Origin: Acinetobacter phage vB_ApiM_fHyAci03
Strand: one strand, 5' to 3'
DNA length: 64,000 nt
Sequence record: NC_049438.1
Shown here: positions 60,202 through 64,000 of the stretch, piece after piece
How the letters are laid out: each line of letters starts with the position of its first letter
How positions within the stretch are numbered: the first letter of the stretch is position 1
Translations under genes and position numbers: made by a program
The notes under the pieces: generated by a model
The model's input: only the letters and a program-made list of their open reading frames with translations
What the model was told of the DNA's origin: nothing
Databases searched by the model: none

Positions 60202-63200
60202 ATGGCATTAGATCCAAATATTAACAGAATTAAATTTTTACGATCTTCTACTGCTGGAGCTAAACCTACTACTGCAGCGATTCAACCAGGCGAAATTGCT
60301 ATCAATTTGGCAGATAGAACTCTTTACTCAACCGATGGTAATGCTATTATTGATATCGGTTTTGGTTTGGGTGGAAGTGTCAATGGGCCAATAAATGCAA
60401 CAGGACAAATCAGTACCAATGACTTTTTATATTCAAAGTACGGATTTTCTGTAAATTCAGAAACTGCAGATGGCCGCGGTATTTCTCTTTACGGAAATGG
60501 ATATACCGCATCAAACGGTCTGCCGTCATACGGTCTTGCGATGGCTGCTACAAGTAAATATGGTACATTTGGTGCTGTGTCAGGTTCGCACGCAACTTAC
60601 CTTACTACAAACTCAGGTACTGACCGTGGTTGGATTTTTAACTATAACGGAACTACCAATGTAGCTTCAATTTCGGGAACTGGCATTGCGACATTTGCTC
60701 GTGTAGATGCTCCGTTAAACGGTAATGCTAATACAGCAACTAAACTTCAATCAGCTAGAAACATTAATGGCGTGTTGTTTGACGGCACATCGGATATTAA
60801 TACACCAGCTATAACTGACGTCGTTTCATTTGATAATAGAACTGTTAAACCTTCTGATGTTAGAAATAAAGCCATGGGTGTTTATTTTACTTCAAAAGCA
60901 GGTTTAAATGGCGCGGCTGATACCAATTATGGTGATTTTTTATCTCTAAGCACTTATCAAGATGGCACTGGAGGAAAGGTAAACGGTTTATATTTCAATA
61001 AATTATCTCGAGAAATATTACATTACCAGACAGATTTAAATTCAAATTCGTGGGGAACTCCGAAAACGATTGCGTATACAGATAGTTCTATTACCGGCAA
61101 TGCTGCATCAGCAACACGCTTACAGACAGCAAGAACTATCAATGGTACTGCATTTGATGGTACTGCGAATATCAATGTCAATGCTACATATTCGGAATTT
61201 ATTCCTGATGGTGCGAATTTAAATGATTATAAAACTCCAGGGCTATATTATTGTCCTACTGATGCTGGTGCAGCGACTCAATTAAATTTACCGTTTAGTA
61301 ATGCGTATTCGTTGTTTGTTGAGAGACATGCTGGAATTAAACAGACTATTACCCAATATGCGACAAATAAAACTTTTATTCGTAAATTTTATAATGGTTA
61401 TTGGGATAATTGGCGTCAATTAGCTTTCTTAGACCCAAGTGATCAGAAATTTACAGAAAATATCACTTTGGAAAAAGCTTCTTCTGACGTAGCAATCAAC
61501 ATTAAAACTACTACTGATAATACTTCTGAACTTGTTTTAAGCAATAGAAATAAAACAGCGTCTGTAAGTCTTGTATCAGACGGTACTTTTTTATTATGGG
61601 ATTCAAATAGACAAACATCATTCATGTCATTTACACCAAATGGTGTACAATCGACATTAAATTCTAAGTTGTTGATTAATACTCCAGCATCGCTAAATGT
61701 TACAGGCGGAGAAACATTTGCTGTTACGGGTGGAGAAAGTTCTCCAATCAGATTTAAAATTAACCGCGGTGGGGCAATCACTACTAACTCGCCTGTTACT
61801 GGTGTTTCTTCTATTCCCCATGCTATATCATTTAACTGGTATAATACAGAATGGCAAATAGGTAACGTTCGTGATGGTTCTACCGGTACCGTTGGTTTTG
61901 GTATTACTAAATTCAACGATACGTTAGTATGGCGCCATGATGGTAATACTATGACCAACTACGGTAATATTAGTAATACGGGTTCGATCAGTACACAAGG
62001 AGATATTTCATCTAATGGTAACTTGCGTACTGCAGGTTCGATCAGTACACAAGGAGATATTTCATCTAATGGTAACTTAACTACCGCAGGTTCAATCAGC
62101 GGAGATAGTTTAATCACTAGAACTGGTCGTATCGGTGCGCCAACATCTACGTATCACTATCTCGATATCGGTAGAGATGGTACAGATATTACTACGGTCG
62201 GTCAATATGGGGGTGCATTTAGAGTTGTTGATACAGCTATCGGCAAAAATACATTCAGCGTTGACCAAAATACAGCTATTTTCGCTGGAAGAATTGTCAC
62301 AAAGCCTGGTGCATTTTATCAAAATATAACAGACTTGGGTAATTCTACTGCAGCTATTACAGTTCCAGTTGTGACGGCTCCACAAAATACTACAGGATAT
62401 GTTCCGTTCATTCATGGATCAGTTCAAACGAATGGCCATGGTTATAGAACTAACGTATCTATTGGTGCTTTTAGAGGTTCTAATACTTGGTCAGCTTCAG
62501 GTGCTTATATTGCTATCGGAGGAAACGATAACCATACGACAGAAGATTTTAGATTTATGTCTGGTGGTTATATTGGAACAAGTAGCGGCACATTGAATAT
62601 TTTAGGCACTTTGGTTGCACCTACAGTAAATAGTAATACTTTTAATGTTGATGCCATCAACAGCACATCTGTAAATGTGGCTTCCAATATTTATTTTTCT
62701 ACTGCTTTTGGCATAAACGGAATCTACAATGGTAATGGCGATGGAGCTACTTTAGCTACTGCTAACTTAGATATCAGAGCGCATTACGGTTTGGGTATTC
62801 TTGATAACTTGGGTAATCGCAATATTGTCTTTAATTCAAGAACTGGTGAAATTGGAACAAGAGGCGTACAGATTTACTTAGGTAACACTACAAGTGCGGA
62901 AACTAGATTATTAACAAATGATAGTCATTTGCAGTTTCTTAAATCAGGCGGCCAAGCTAAAGGTATTGCTACTGGTGGCGTGTTAACTTCAGATTCGTAC
63001 GCTGATTTTAATAAGGTTCCGACAAATGGCATCTACTCAAAAGGTGATATTAAAACTGCCGTATGGATGTATGCATCTAAATTCACCGGTCCTACTGGAT
63101 CAGGTGATGGTATGTTTGACGGTAATGCCAATACAGCAACTCGTTTGCAAACTGCAAGATCTTTCCAAATTACTGGTGGCATCACAACAAATGCAGTATC

Positions 63201-63981
63201 ATTTGACGGGCAACAAAACGTTACATTGACTGCATCTAACGTCGATGGTTCAAAAGTTACAGGCAAAGTTCCTGCAGCCGCACAAGCAGATAATGCAACA
63301 AATGCTACTAAGGCAAACACATTAGATATTGCAGGGCAAAAGGAGGCCAAATTAGTTGCGACTTGGACTGGTGGAGTTTATGTTGGATATTCACAGACAG
63401 CAAAATATTATTCACCTACTCAAATTCAGATTGAACTTAGCTCGGGTACAGTAGTACAAGATCGAATTTCCCAAATTAAAGTAGGATCTTTATTACACGG
63501 TGTGTTTGCTGGTTCTACCGGGTGGTCTAATGGATTGTCTACCGGAAGAATAGTACAAGTAACAACTAATCGAGTATCCGGTGTTATTGATGCTATTGTT
63601 GAAATTCCTCATTCTATTTCCCGGGGTAATGTGACTTCGTTTAATGTTTTAGCTGTGACATATAACTCATCTAATTGTAGTTTTATTGGTAATATTGCAG
63701 CATACGCCAAACAAGACCTAGGAGCAAATTCAGGTTGGTCTTGGTTATTACGTACATCTACTGCTATAAACAATCCATCTGTATCAATAAGTACCTCTGG
63801 TGATACTGCAAATATAGATGCTCGCCTTGATTTAGGTTGGTTCTTATCAGGTAAAAATCCAACAGCTGGTTCTGCAACTATGATTAACTCGAACACATGT
63901 AATTTTATTGTGTCAGATAATAATAATGATACGGCATCAAGTTGTGGTTATATATCAATACAAATTTGGGATGTTGTATAA
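60202..63981 (+). CDS. 37: Long tail fibre distal subunit gp37 (receptor-binding fibre)
   Basis: 1259 aa. N-terminus (…RIKFLRSSTAGAKP…GEIAINLADRTLY…) parallels T4 gp37 (…QFKRSKIAGTRP…GELAINLKDRTIF…). Gly/Ser/Thr/Asn-rich beta-fibre composition. The C-terminal region differs from the T4 His-box type. Confidence 0.85.
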   Translation: MALDPNINRIKFLRSSTAGAKPTTAAIQPGEIAINLADRTLYSTDGNAIIDIGFGLGGSVNGPINATGQISTNDFLYSKYGFSVNSETADGRGISLYGNGYTASNGLPSYGLAMAATSKYGTFGAVSGSHATYLTTNSGTDRGWIFNYNGTTNVASISGTGIATFARVDAPLNGNANTATKLQSARNINGVLFDGTSDINTPAITDVVSFDNRTVKPSDVRNKAMGVYFTSKAGLNGAADTNYGDFLSLSTYQDGTGGKVNGLYFNKLSREILHYQTDLNSNSWGTPKTIAYTDSSITGNAASATRLQTARTINGTAFDGTANINVNATYSEFIPDGANLNDYKTPGLYYCPTDAGAATQLNLPFSNAYSLFVERHAGIKQTITQYATNKTFIRKFYNGYWDNWRQLAFLDPSDQKFTENITLEKASSDVAINIKTTTDNTSELVLSNRNKTASVSLVSDGTFLLWDSNRQTSFMSFTPNGVQSTLNSKLLINTPASLNVTGGETFAVTGGESSPIRFKINRGGAITTNSPVTGVSSIPHAISFNWYNTEWQIGNVRDGSTGTVGFGITKFNDTLVWRHDGNTMTNYGNISNTGSISTQGDISSNGNLRTAGSISTQGDISSNGNLTTAGSISGDSLITRTGRIGAPTSTYHYLDIGRDGTDITTVGQYGGAFRVVDTAIGKNTFSVDQNTAIFAGRIVTKPGAFYQNITDLGNSTAAITVPVVTAPQNTTGYVPFIHGSVQTNGHGYRTNVSIGAFRGSNTWSASGAYIAIGGNDNHTTEDFRFMSGGYIGTSSGTLNILGTLVAPTVNSNTFNVDAINSTSVNVASNIYFSTAFGINGIYNGNGDGATLATANLDIRAHYGLGILDNLGNRNIVFNSRTGEIGTRGVQIYLGNTTSAETRLLTNDSHLQFLKSGGQAKGIATGGVLTSDSYADFNKVPTNGIYSKGDIKTAVWMYASKFTGPTGSGDGMFDGNANTATRLQTARSFQITGGITTNAVSFDGQQNVTLTASNVDGSKVTGKVPAAAQADNATNATKANTLDIAGQKEAKLVATWTGGVYVGYSQTAKYYSPTQIQIELSSGTVVQDRISQIKVGSLLHGVFAGSTGWSNGLSTGRIVQVTTNRVSGVIDAIVEIPHSISRGNVTSFNVLAVTYNSSNCSFIGNIAAYAKQDLGANSGWSWLLRTSTAINNPSVSISTSGDTANIDARLDLGWFLSGKNPTAGSATMINSNTCNFIVSDNNNDTASSCGYISIQIWDVV
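61981..62106 (+). repeat. 54-nt (18-aa) in-frame tandem repeat (2.3 copies) within gp37, encoding GSISTQGDISSNGNL(R/T)TA
   Basis: The two full units differ at about 5 nt. Read directly. Confidence 0.8.
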
Positions 63982-64000
63982 TTCAAAACACCGAAAACAG

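Overview
This window is a T4-like (Tevenvirinae) myovirus segment, AT-rich, with gene order almost collinear with T4 and with very close protein matches to T4 sequences I recall (gp16, gp17, PseT, RnlA, gp32, gp59, RNase H). Read left to right it holds the C-terminal part of a fibritin-like gene (wac), neck genes gp13/14/15, terminase genes 16/17, tail sheath and tube (18/19), portal (20), prohead core, protease, scaffold and capsid genes (67/68/21/22/23/24), hoc and inh on the minus strand, uvsW, baseplate hub and wedge genes 25/26/51/27/28/29/48/54, and alt. A long minus-strand early-gene block follows: gp30 DNA ligase, 30.x ORFs, gp31, cd, a Nudix gene, pseT, rnlA, nrdB, nrdA, td, frd, gp32, gp59, gp33, dsbA and rnh. 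Plus-strand tail fibre genes 34/35/36/37 close the window. Canonical TATAAATA late promoters and GC-stem rho-independent terminators occur at the expected junctions. Departures from the T4 template are the more interesting part. An extra 145-aa ORF sits between the terminase small and large subunit genes. gp27 carries a ~150-aa C-terminal CHAP-like (Cys/His) peptidase domain. A NADAR/YbiA-like ORF lies next to an NT5C-like nucleotidase in the 30.x block and is a candidate counter to DNA ADP-ribosylation defence. Two free-standing homing-endonuclease-like ORFs are present, a Vsr-like 476-aa one antisense between genes 23 and 24 and an HNH one after uvsW. A cluster of small Cys-rich ORFs occupies the usual uvsY position. 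The fibritin C-terminus is not a foldon. A ~90-bp intergenic element occurs twice about 31 kb apart. A 33-bp tandem hairpin repeat lies upstream of cd. denA, rnlB and uvsY are absent from their canonical positions, and td and nrdB are intron-less. No CRISPR array, tRNA or rRNA was seen.
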